A stretch of DNA of 64,000 nt from Octopus bimaculoides (Eukaryota), in the NCBI RefSeq assembly GCF_001194135.2, contig NC_069002.1, forward strand, positions 18,596,239-18,660,238. The letters are read 5' to 3'. Shown here in pieces: positions 27,444-39,576 of this stretch (positions within the stretch are counted from its first letter, which is position 1; each line of letters opens with the position of its first letter). A program made the translations under genes and the position numbers. The notes below the pieces were generated by a model, which was given only the letters and a program-made list of their open reading frames with translations, was not told where the DNA came from and ran no database searches.

Positions 27444-28629
27444 CTTTCCGTATTCCCGAGCGTCATACTAATATATACTTTTGTTATTTACACCACCTGT
27501 CCTCGTCTGTTGTTATTTTTTGTATATTCTCCCATATATATATATACATATGTACATGCGTACATACAGCATACATAACCAGTCTGCTTCATCGAGTTGT
27601 TATTGAAAGGAACTACAGAAAGCAAACTGGTTACTATAGCAGCACCAATTTGCGCATGTCACCTTCCTCCTTCCTCTTCCACATATCTGAGACACACCTT
27701 TTCCATCCTTCGCTTTTCCAAAGAACCTGAAGAAGAGAATATAGACGCGAAATATAGCAACAAAAGGTTGAAACTGATTTACTTTTTGTTTTGTAAATGT
27801 TTTTTGTTTTCTTTTTATAGTTTACTATGTATATAAATCTTTAAGATACACACATACGTACATATACTACATACGTACATATACTACATACGTACATACA
27901 GCTGTAAGTCAAATTTACTGCAATAAAGAAAAATATGTAATGACCAATATTTATATTGGTATATCATTTTGTAAAAAAAATGTATAAGTGGAGCACAACC
28001 ACGGATTTACAATATAGAATGGTGATGTCCTATAACCTCGGAACCTGCTGCAAGAATACTTGGAGCTCTTTACTAAACTAAACGATAATGTTAGCCTGGT
28101 GTATTAAGAGAGGGATTACAAAGTATTTTGTCCAGATTGATAATACCTCACTAATAACTTTGCTTTACACACACACACACACATACACGAGCACACACAC
28201 ACACACATCCGGATACACACACACATGTACACACATATATGTATACAGAGAGGGGAGCGGAGAGAGGGAGAGTTGTGAATGAGAGAGAGTGAGAGAGATG
28301 GAAAGAAAGAGATGACAATCAATTTGAAGATGTTTCTTTAATACTGGGACTAAATTAAGCGTTAATTTTTTTTTACAGTGAAACGCATTATTGTTTTCTC
28401 TTTCCAGATTATTCTATATCAAAGAAGTTTAATTCGTATCGATTTAACCCTTTTAAAATGAGTTTATATCAGACCCATGTCAAACACTGCATGATGTATG
28501 AATTGAAACGGACCATTTCAGCAACGATCCATCTCAACAATGTTACAATGATTTAAAATGATGGGAAATAGAGGAAGGTCAGGAGAGTAAGGATTACGAG
28601 ACAAGACTTCTATATTTTGTGTAGAAGTT

Positions 28630-28886
28630 TATCTTTTCTATCTTCTATCTTTTCTATCTTCTATCTTTTCTATCTTCTATCTTTTCTATCTTCTATCTTT
28701 TCTATCTTCTATCTTTTCTATCTTCTATCTTTTCTATCTTCTATCTTTTCTATCTTCTATCTTTTCTATCTTCTATCTTTTCTATCTTCTATCTTTTCTA
28801 TCTTCTATCTTCTATCTTTTCTATCTTCTATCTTTTCTATCTTCTATCTTTTCTATCTTCTATCTTTTCTATCTTCTATCTTTTCT
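28630..28886. repeat. 16-bp minisatellite (TATCTTTTCTATCTTC)n, ~16 copies
   Basis: Direct reading; nearly homogeneous; G-free on the + strand. Confidence 0.95.
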
Positions 28887-29588
28887 GAATCACTTGGGAA
28901 ATATGTGATCTTGCATTATCATCTTAGAGCAACACTCCTTCAGAGTTGACCATTGAAGTGCGCTTTTCCGCAAGACTTCCAGCTGACGCCAATACTTCAC
29001 AAAGAATGTTTCGTATTGGTTTACCACATAATGATAGATGATCCCCTTCATACTGCACCAAACACAGATTATGCCGTTTTGGAGTAAAGGATGATTTCAA
29101 GTTAGATTATCACTTTTAATTAGGTGCTAAATATCGTGTTCATTGGATATTATTACAGAGAACCTACTTTTTATCTTATCATCGCTTATAACGGTTCTAC
29201 TCAGGAAATATTTGGCAGGAAGTTTACTCTTCCATGACGAAGATTAAGTTGTAAAGTATCCACGGTGAGCAAGCAACTGGAAGTGTTTTTTGACAAGTGC
29301 ACGAAGACATTTTATGATCGAAGTGTGACTTAGATTGATCTATTTTGCAAATTCTCGCGGAATTTGCTTTGGATTTTCCCCAACTAAGTATTCAGAAGTT
29401 CAGTATTGCTGGATTTTTGTTGTTCAGATCGAGGAGAATCTGCGAGAGAAACATTTCTCACAGAATTGTTGGCATATCCAGACACTCAAAGTATTATTTC
29501 CATAAACAGAAGACATATTGATCCACACCTCCCAGACGTGCTTTTCTCAGACAATTCTTTTCTTCTGTCTGGAATTTTTTCTCTTTCC

Positions 29589-29625
29589 TCTTTCTGACGA
29601 AGAGCCATGCGCGAAACGTCACAAC
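29589..29625 (+). ncRNA. Decayed hammerhead-like motif related to 27407
   Basis: TCTTT | CTGACGA A | GAGC-CAT-GCGC | GAAA CG TC; core canonical, helix I 3' strand and helix II partly broken. Confidence 0.45.
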
Positions 29626-29917
29626 CACCACTTTTTATTCTCTTAAACTTTCTCTGAGCGTCAATCGAATCATTCACTGTACGCATCCTTTTCACTTTTG
29701 TAGTTTTTCCTGTTTTTAAAGTTTGATTTGACTATTATCGCATGCCCACGTCCTTTCGACCATGATTTAGAATACATAGTTGTAGGATTACACTACACCT
29801 CTGAATTTCATCGGGGTACGTCGATTTTGTACATTTGATTATATGTATACGCACACACACGTATGCATGTGTGTATATAATATATATACATGCATATATG
29901 CATACATACAGACATGC

Positions 29918-29953
<36 letters not shown>

Positions 29954-31059
29954 NNNNNNNNNNNNNNNNNNNNNNNNNNNNNNNNNNNNNNNNNNNNNNN
30001 NNNNNNNNNNNNNNNNNNNNNNNNNNNNNNNNNNNNNNNNNNNNNNNNNNNNNNNNNNNNNNNNNNNNNNNNNNNNNNNNNNNNNNNNNNNNNNNNNNNN
30101 NNNNNNNNNNNNNNNNNNNNNNNNNNNNNNNNNNNNNNNNNNNNNNNNNNNNNNNNNNNNNNNNNNNNNNNNNNNNNNNNNNNNNNNNNNNNNNNNNNNN
30201 NNNNNNNNNNNNNNNNNNNNNNNNNNNNNNNNNNNNNNNNNNNNNNNNNNNNNNNNNNNNNNNNNNNNNNNNNNNNNNNNNNNNNNNNNNNNNNNNNNNN
30301 NNNNNNNNNNNNNNNNNNNNNNNNNNNNNNNNNNNNNNNNNNNNNNNNNNNNNNNNNNNNNNNNNNNNNNNNNNNNNNNNNNNNNNNNNNNNNNNNNNNN
30401 NNNNNNNNNNNNNNNNNNNNNNNNNNNNNNNNNNNNNNNNNNNNNNNNNNNNNNNNNNNNNNNNNNNNNNNNNNNNNNNNNNNNNNNNNNNNNNNNNNNN
30501 NNNNNNNNNNNNNNNNNNNNNNNNNNNNNNNNNNNNNNNNNNNNNNNNNNNNNNNNNNNNNNNNNNNNNNNNNNNNNNNNNNNNNNNNNNNNNNNNNNNN
30601 NNNNNNNNNNNNNNNNNNNNATATATATATATATATATACACGCACATATACATATGCACATCCAAATAAATGGGTATATACATACAACTAGATAGACGC
30701 GCATACGCACACGTATGGAAGAATACGTACGTATATGATGTGCATAGGACCTCATATAGGCAGGTACACACGCGTATATATACACAAATATACGTACATA
30801 GCATAGATAAATATGTGCAAAGATTGGTACTTAAAGCAAGGTACATACGTCTCTTATTAAGTTTGACACACACGTGTTAATACACTCGCGTATACATATA
30901 AGCAAAGATATACACGCATATACATACACATACACACACATATACATATATGTATGCATATGCACATATAATCACACACCCGTGTACATGTATACACAAA
31001 TTCACACTAATGTATACATATACCTACAAAAAACGCAAATGCGCACAGATGAATGTGTA

Positions 31060-31099
<40 letters not shown>

Positions 31100-31406
31100 N
31101 NNNNNNNNNNNNNNNNNNNNNNNNNNNNNNNNNNNNNNNNNNNNNNNNNNNNNNNNNNNNNNNNNNNNNNNNNNNNNNNNNNNNNNNNNNNNNNNNNNNN
31201 NNNNNNNNNNNNNNNNNNNNNNNNNNNNNNNNNNNNNNNNNNNNNNNNNNNNNNNNNNNNNNNNNNNNNNNNNNNNNNNNNNNNTATACATACATATACA
31301 GATATATATTTATATATAAATTCCTCTATTTTACATAATATCGATGTCTCATTCATTCTTTTGTTGTCATGTATTATTATTAATCTATCTATGTATCTAT
31401 CTATCC

Positions 31407-31492
<86 letters not shown>

Positions 31493-31800
31493 ACATATAA
31501 CGAAAGTAATTTCCTCGCTGTATTGTGTGTTTGTTTCTTTTTTGTTTCTGTTATTTTATTTTTAATCTTCTGTATAAATGAAAATATATCCTTTAATTTG
31601 CTGCTTTTCTATACACGAAACCAAAGGATACATAGCGGAACTGTTATTTTAAGAAGTTATATGTATTTATCCCCCGAAGAGACACATATGCTCCTGACCA
31701 GTTAAGTATCCCACCCTTGAGGGATCAATGCTATATGTGTTGAAACAATTGTCGTGATTAATAAAAATTCTCCTATCTTCCAGCTTTCATTTATCATATA

Positions 31801-32673
31801 TACATGGTCGAATCAACAAGCATCGGGACTGTTGCCATAGTAAGGAAGCTAAAAGAGTAAAGCCCAACGACACAGATTGACCTTAGCCTCTGTTGTGCAT
31901 GCGTTCTAGCTCTCGTCCACTATTTACAACAGTGCTTGCAAGGAAGGTGTGTAGCGTGTCAATTTCACATTGATCATGACAGGAATTTGAGCTCAGAATC
32001 TGTTTCAAATTTTGCCAAAAGCTTGGTGATACCTGTTCAGAGGCCTACGCAAAGTTTTCAACAAGTTTTCATCGTTCTCGTCACAATGAAGATCTTCTGG
32101 AGTTGAAACCTGAGTGTCATTTTGGTCAACTGAAAGCAGTATTGGCACAAAGTTGGCATACACGCGTCTCATACCTAAATCTTCAGTGATAATGGACTGA
32201 ACTGAACTGTAACTAATCTGCACATCCTCTGATAACTCAAGGATGGTGATTCAATGATTTCACCTCACAGCTGCACGAACATCTGCGATATTTTCCTCAG
32301 TTCTGCTGGTTGCAGCACTCCCAGAACGTTCGCCAATATCGACATTTTTCGGCTATTTTTTCTTGGAAACAGCTAAACCACTCATACACTTGTGTGCAGC
32401 TCTTACACTCTTCTCCATACATTTTCTGAAACTTTGCGCCGGCCTCTGAGCAGGCATTTTCCTGACTACTTTCTATATCATGGTCAATGCGATGATCACA
32501 TGTTACACACCTTCCTTTCAAGCACTGCTGTAAACAATAGAAGCTATAACGTTAAAACTTTGTGGACATGCACAACAGAGTTCAAGGTCAATTTTTCCCA
32601 AGCAACTTTACCCTGTGTGCTTTAGCTTCGTTACTATAGCATGAATCCAGATACTTATTGATCAGATCTCATG
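31801..32673 (-). mobile_element. Internally deleted mariner with long TIRs
   Basis: TIRs tacatggtcgaatcaacaagcatcgggactgttgccatagtaaggaagctaa / ttagcttcgttactatagcatgaatccagatacttattgatcagatctcatg; N-terminal transposase TQVYEWF, ISYSSVQSIITEDLGMRRVYANFVP. Confidence 0.85.
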
Positions 32674-32683
32674 TGTGCGTGTA

Positions 32684-33052
<369 letters not shown>

Positions 33053-33203
33053 AATAATATATAGTCTATTGACTAAATTTTTTTTACACGCTAGGCCACT
33101 GGTAGTAGAAATTTCTAATATTTCTTATTACCCTTGATATTATTAATTATATTATATATTTCTGTATGTATGTATGTATGTATGTATCTATATATCTATA
33201 TGT

Positions 33204-33647
33204 GGAGGCGCAATGGCCCAGTGGTTAGGGCAGCAGACTCGCGGTCGTAGGATCGCGATTTCGATTCCCAGAGCGGGCGTTGTGAGTGTTTATTGAGCGA
33301 AAACACCTAAAGCTCCACGATGCTCCGGTAGGGGATGGTGGCGAACCCTACTGTACTCTTCCACCNNNNNNNNNNAAAGCTCCACGATGCTCCGGTAGGG
33401 GATGGTGGCGAACCCTACTGTACTCTTCCACCACAACTTTCTCCCACTCTTACTTCCTGTTTCTGTTGTGCCTGTAATTCAAAGGGTCAGCCTTGTCACA
33501 CTGTGTCACGCTGAATATCCCCGAGAACTACGTTAAGAGTACACGTGTCGGTGGAGTGCTCAGCTACTTGCACGTCAATTTCACGAGCAGGCTGTTCCGT
33601 TGATCGGATCAACTGGAACCCTCGACGTCGTAAGCGACGGAGTGCCA
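33204..33647 (+). mobile_element. tRNA-derived SINE family C, near full length
   Basis: A box TGGCCCAGTGG, B box-like ATTTCGATTCC; ~55-bp duplication across a 10-N gap is probably an assembly artefact. Confidence 0.8.
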
Positions 33648-33882
33648 TATATANNNNNNNNNNTAAAAGCAACATATCTGCCCAGTACTTCCCTCTAGCG
33701 GATTCCCAAAAGCGTTACTTGCTCTTTATAATTCCTTAAGGGCAAGAGAGAATATTTTTCTTCACCACAACTGCAGTGAATTTCCTTTTAGAAGTTAAAA
33801 TATATCACAAATATACTTTAACCCGCCTAAATTCCGGTTATCCTTAATAAGTGTCTGCTATTGGTGCTGATATATATGTGTA

Positions 33883-33940
<58 letters not shown>

Positions 33941-34008
33941 CATGCATGCATACATGCATGCATGTATGTATGTATGTATGCATGTATGTATGGATGTATG
34001 TATGTATA

Positions 34009-34630
34009 CAGGGTGCGGTGTATAAATTGTGTAAATTACGCAAAAATGAAAATAACACTAACATCTCATTTTAACAAATATATTTATCAAAATTACATAA
34101 AAATATCTTTAAATACTAAATTTATTCAATAAAATCGCCATTGGCTTCAACCACGGCCTCCAGACGACTTCGGAATCTCCAGCAACTCTTCTGGAAGGTC
34201 TCCTTGTTTAAGTTTGTGCATGCTGTCAGAATCCTTGCCTTCAGTTCATCTTTGGTGTTACAAAGAGTTTTGTTGACCTCTCGCTCAACTGCACCGCACA
34301 CGTAATAATGTACGGGGTTGCGGTCTGGGGAATTAGGTGGCCAGATGTTAAGGGTGATGTTGTCGCAGAAATTATCTGACAGCCATGACTGGGTTCTCCT
34401 GGCATTGTGTGGCATGGTGTAGAGTCGTATTGCCAGACATGGGGTCTGCCAGCAGTCACCTTCTTGACCCAGGGCAGCACTACCTCCTCCAGGCGCTTGA
34501 TGTAGGCCTCCGTGTTGAGTGTGAATGAGGCCGTGTGGGACGATGAGTGGAGGCATAACATCGCCATCACTAGTGATCTCTCCAAACACCATGATGTTGA
34601 CTGGATGTTTAATTTTTATCACTTTGGTAC
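34009..34630 (-). mobile_element. Tc1/mariner DD37D (maT-like) transposon, 3' part with one TIR
   Basis: TA-CAGGGTG terminus; IMVFGEITSDGDVMPP, VWQYDSTPCH, WPPNSPDRNPVHYY; 37 residues between the second D and the third catalytic position. Confidence 0.85.
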
Positions 34631-34789
34631 ATGAACTTTCCTCAGATTGACATCGTAACACTCTGGAATGTTCGTATTGGAGATTCCGTCGCGAAAGGAA
34701 AGCAATACAGCATATCGTATGGCATGGAGCTGTTTTTCTGTCAGACAGTGATCGACTAATCCTACTATATTGTATAGTTGACAAAATCA

Positions 34790-34908
34790 AAAACAAAGAA
34801 TGTGCATATCCGAAATTAAAAAGCTTTTTCGTTTTCCCTAGCGTAGGACTAATACATTTGCTTGTTGTTCATACACCTGTCTTGGTCTTTTGTTTTTCTA
34901 TAAATTTC

Positions 34909-34910
<2 letters not shown>
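34790..34910 (+). mobile_element. Highly decayed copy of the orphan pLTR seen at 27380-27530
   Basis: ccctagcgtaggactaatacatttgcttgttgttcatacacctgtcttggtcttttg resembles cccgagcgtcatactaatatatacttttgttatttacaccacctgtcctcgtctg. Confidence 0.55.
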
Positions 34911-34968
<58 letters not shown>

Positions 34969-35399
34969 ACACAAAGTATGGGGGTTTAGTTCACAGTTGG
35001 TCTAAACGACCAGGTACGCTAGGTAAGTGCTGTAAATGATTACCAGGGCTCCAATGTTATAGGCGAGACGGTAGTTATGGAGCCGTTGCAGGTTTACAAT
35101 TCAGCGGATATATAATTGTTAAAGACGACACCAAATACTAAGGCAAGGCGAACATCTCATTTCGTACACAATATTATTATTGGCAAAAGATCAAAGTCTT
35201 ACAGCTATTACTGGGATTTCCCCGAGTATGGATATTCCGTCACCAGACACAAATAGGGAAAAAATAGGGAAAATGAGAATGGTGTATATTAATGGGATGA
35301 CGATATAGAGGAAGGAAGGAAAAGAATAAGATGGAAAGATGGAAACGAAGCATAAAAGTTCATAGTTCAACTTTCCGAAGTTGTAGAAACAAGAGAATG

Positions 35400-35460
35400 A
35401 GTCCTTAGGTGCAATCCTGCGTAGATTCACGTGAGTTACGCAGGGTTGCACCTAAGAACT
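35400..35460. repeat. ~60-bp near-perfect palindrome centred on CACGTG
   Basis: Arms CTTAGGTGCAATCCTGCGTAGATTCAC / GTGAGTTACGCAGGGTTGCACCTAAG. Confidence 0.9.
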
Positions 35461-35661
35461 TACACTCCATGATAAGTGATTCAGGCACCATCTAGAGGAT
35501 TGTTGCATCGCACGTTCGACGTACGATATAACGGGATAATTAATAACGTCCTCGCAAATCGTTCTACCCAAGATGCCCAATACTTGTAATTACACTCGAC
35601 AATACGCAACTCTCGGCCTTACACAGCTCACATACTCCCTCCACGCATCTCCCTTTATATT

Positions 35662-36230
35662 GTGGCCCAGTGGATTAGGAGCCAACCAAATAGGAGTGTT
35701 CTACTTCCACACAACAAGGATGTAGTAAATAATGAGGGCATCACTATGTTTTGGAACTTCCCAATACAAACAGACAGAAAAATTAACTCCAATCGACCCG
35801 ACATTGTGATCAAGGACTACTACAGTGGAACTTGTCTGTTAATAGACATGTCTGTCCCCAAAATCAAAATGTCTCAAGAAAGGAATATGAAAAGCTTTCT
35901 CACTATAAAGACCTGCAAATTGAAATGACAAAAATGTGGAAGCTTAGTACTACGATAATACCAGTAATAATTGGTGGGTTGGGAATAACAAAGAGTGGAG
36001 AAGTATATTAAGCAACTTCCTGGTAACTCCAATCTCCGTGAATTACAAAAGATAACCTTGATGGGTACAGCCCATATAGTACGGAAAGCACTCTCCATCT
36101 AGAGTGGAATAAATGTGGTGATAATTTTAGCATGTATAGCAAAGCAAAATTTGCCTTGCTACCCTTGGCCTCCAGAGGATGCCTGGTAATAAGGCAGCTG
36201 AAATAAAGTTATAATGAAAGAGAACAATAA
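35662..36230 (+). mobile_element. 3' end of an R2-superclade (R4/Hero/NeSL-like) LINE: restriction-like endonuclease domain + 3' UTR
   Basis: FWNFPIQTDRKINSNRPDIVIKD, CLLIDMSVP, YKDLQIEM, IIPVIIGGLG, LQKITLMGTAHIVRKALSI* (stop 36100-36102). Confidence 0.85.
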
Positions 36231-36569
36231 ATAATAAAGAATTCTTGATAGATTCAGGTACTTAAATGAATACGCACCAGGTAGGGTTGGATAATCCTGT
36301 GGTCTTCACCTAGGGTCGATTAAATATCCAGTAGGATATTCAGGAAGTGCACACAGAGAAAATCACCCCTGCTACTCTAAAGCACCAAGAAGCTGATCCA
36401 AAGTACACGTTGTGTTGATCATACGCTGTTTCGTATAATTCCAAAGCAATACAATATTCCAAGGACACAGTGGGAACATGGCTGAAGCCAGCCGAAGCTG
36501 ACCGGGAAAAAATGCATAAGAAACAGTTGTAATGAGCTGACATTTATACATCGTGTTATTATACATTTT

Positions 36570-36707
36570 CTTCTGTCAACAAAATCCATCTATAAGGCTT
36601 TAGTCAGTACACGGATTATAGAAAAGGACACTTGTCCAAGTTGTTACACTGTGGGAAAGAACCCAAAGTCATGCGGTAGGGAAGCAAACTTCATACCACG
36701 CCTGCAC

Positions 36708-36710
<3 letters not shown>
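36570..36710 (-). mobile_element. SINE family B head, degraded
   Basis: ggacacttgtccaag...cactgtgggaaagaaccc...gcaaac..accacgcctgcacct resembles 49490-49564. Confidence 0.6.
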
Positions 36711-36748
<38 letters not shown>

Positions 36749-37348
36749 CAAGCATGCACGCACACATTTACACGCACACGCGCACTTTTGCATGAATGTA
36801 GAAGCGATGAATTTATATAATGTAATGCAAAGATAAAAACAATGAAATGATTGATTGACAAAAAATGTGTTGAACAAATCAAATCTGAAGAGGAAAAGGA
36901 TGAGAGAGGGTAGGTGGGGCAATTAGGAATTTTGACGGAACGAAAGGTTTAAAACAATATCTATAGCAGGATCAGCTAGAATATTAGAAATAATAAAAGT
37001 GGTGCCTCTGACGGCGACCACGACGACAAATGATGAAGGCTGTGGAGACAATGGGCGACAGTACTAAGAGGAATAAAGAAACACATAAATATGTAACAAA
37101 AACAAAAATTCAGAAATGATAAAATTCGCCCAGAGCCAGAACATTACGAAGTAATCATATTCTACAATGTGTGTGAGAACGGATGTAAAACACNNNNNNN
37201 NNNCACGCACGCACGCACGCACGCACGCACACACACATGCACACACACGCACGCACGCACGCACGCATGCACACACACATATAAACACACAGACACATAG
37301 ACACACGCACGCACGCAGATACACGCACATATGAACACATATATGGAT

Positions 37349-37380
<32 letters not shown>

Positions 37381-37669
37381 CTTTATATATATGTAGTATA
37401 TATGTATATATACTCGTGCGCGCACATATACACTCGTGCGCGCACATATACACTCGCACATGCACTCACACGCATACAAAGATGTACATTCACACGCGCG
37501 CACACACGCAAATTTATGTGTGTGTGTGCGTGTAAGAAAAGGAGGAAGAGAATTTCGATTATCCCCACATGGTGAGTTGTAATGCAAAATAATATATATA
37601 TAATTAAAGAAGGAAAATGCAAGCAGTTTACATAGGTTTAATATATTTTAAATGAAAGAGTACTGTGGC

Positions 37670-37702
37670 TGTCGACCGGTTTCGCTTTCGCTAATCATGA
37701 CA
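37670..37702 (-). ncRNA. Minimal type I hammerhead ribozyme motif, A3-U8 core variant
   Basis: Reverse complement: TGTC | ATGATTA | GC-GAAA-GC | GAAA | CCGG | TC | GACA. Confidence 0.72.
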
Positions 37703-38903
37703 TTCAAATTATTGCGATTTTGTATTTCCTTAAGAAGTTTACAGTACACGTTCTCGTACGGAAGTTTTTGAATGAAGCAACAAGTAGATGTAAGGTGGGG
37801 TATAATTGGTGATAATTATTATTCGGGTCAGGAAAGGCAATTGCTCATGTTTTCAGTGGGATAAAGAGACATAACAAAAGCTCATCAGTTAAAGTAGTGA
37901 GATGAAATATGTACAGTGATGGTTATATGATCATGAATTAAAATATATACTGAGATCAAAGTTGTTTATACGTTCATATTTAGGCGTGCTCTGTATTTTT
38001 CAGAAAATAAATTTTCTTTATTTCAACGTTCTTGTAGAGAAATTGTTTCTTTGCACTGGTAATTTGGTTGGAGATTCCCTGCACATCTCTCTATGAGTTC
38101 ACTGAAAGGTGTCTGTCTGTACCGTGTGAAACGGATGTTCTTTATGTAGTGTGGTTCTCTGTTTAAGTGAATACTTGTCTGCCCTATGTAATTGTGTCCG
38201 CAACCTGAACAAGTTATAACATAAATTCAATTCTCTGATGCACAAGTGAAGTTGATCTTAATTGTGAACATCTCTTCTTGTTTGAATAGGTCAGGGCATG
38301 TTACAAAGCTTGGACGTCCACATTTTTTAACCATTGGTCTTTTGGTTGTTGTGTATAACTTTGCATTTTTCAGTACTCTTTTCGTCGATTTGGGTTGCTT
38401 TTTACATTTGATGACCTTATGTGTTTTCAGAATGTAGTTAATTTCTGGTTCCCTAATGAGCATTTGTAGATTTTGTACAATGCCTCATTGTTTCTAGGGT
38501 TTGGAGTCGATATTTATATACGGTAGTATTTTGAGATGAGGCGTGGTGTTTCGTTTTGTTTCCCTTGGTGTTTTAATGCCTATTTTCTTGGCACATTTAA
38601 TTCCATCAACTATAAGCGAGAGTGGATAGTGTCTCTTGGTTAGCGTTGTTCGGAGATCGTCAAGACAGAGGTTCCAAGTATTTCCATCAGACACTATTGT
38701 GAAAATCCTTTTCGCTAAATCAAAGGGAATATTTCTTTTGATATGTTTCTGGTGGTAAGAGCTGAATAGAAGATATTGCTTCGAGTCCGTTGGTTTATGA
38801 TAAATCTCAGTAAGAATTTGGTTGTTGACATTTTTTATCAGAATTTCTAAGAAAGAGAACCGTCCTTTGCTATATTCCATTGTAAATTGAATGTTAGGGA
38901 TTA

Positions 38904-38969
38904 TACTATTTAGTATTGATTTAAATACTATTTAGTATTGATTTAAATACTATTTAGTATTGATTTAAA
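38904..38969. repeat. Perfect 22-bp triplication inside the PLE RT
   Basis: (tactatttagtattgatttaaa)x3. Confidence 0.95.
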
Positions 38970-39576
38970 TTCCAAACATTTATCAATGGTTACATTCCAA
39001 ATATGTCATTAATGGAATATTTTGAATTCACCATATATGAAGTATCACAGCAAAAATATGGATACCCATTTCACTATATTTGCTAGCTGGCCTACAAAAG
39101 ACGAGAGTAAGATTAATTAATCAGTCACGTTGGGTATCATTAATCAATTTAAGGCATTTAGTGAGGTTTAAACAAGAATTTTAAAGTTTTAGCAATCAGT
39201 AAACTAGTTATCACATCAAATCAGACAGCTAGCCAACTCGGTGGACAGTGAAGTCACCAGGAGCCCCATTAAGCATGAAAACATGGGCGAAAACAGACTT
39301 TGGTAGACTTGAACTTGCATTACACACCGCTTCCTGTCTGTGGATAAACCAGGGATATTTTTCTAGATTTCAGAAGAGAAGAACCAACATGCCAAAATCT
39401 AACGGAGACATAGAACACCGCATGCCTATGACTTCACAAGCTGTACATCCTCCATTCATTGACGAAATATATTATCCAACACCCCAATATTGACACGTCT
39501 ACTATGTATGTATGTATGTATGTATGTATGTATGTATGTATGTATGTATGTATGTATCTATCTATCTATCTATCTC

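Larger units (their letters stand above)
37620..39010 (-). mobile_element. 5'-truncated Neptune-type PLE, diverged relative of the element at 1-2150
   Basis: FSFLEILIK, YHKPTDSKQYLLFSS, HIKRNIPFDLAKRIFTIVSD, KKCGRPS, FTCASEN, NYIGQT; stop at 37966-37968. Confidence 0.9.

Noticed and set aside
27727-27757. CTGAAGA-AGAG...CGC-GAAA hammerhead-like motif
   Set aside because: Helices I, II and III cannot be paired; at most a very decayed remnant.
33204-33280. tRNA gene (also 44844-44920 and 47890-47966)
   Set aside because: A/B boxes continue into SINE bodies shared with other copies; no convincing cloverleaf or acceptor stem.
33309-33431. ~55-bp tandem duplication in SINE C
   Set aside because: Identical copies on either side of a 10-N gap, typical of unmerged contig overlap.
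36340-36566. Protein-like short ORFs on both strands
   Set aside because: No recognisable motif and weak splice signals; cannot be distinguished from chance.
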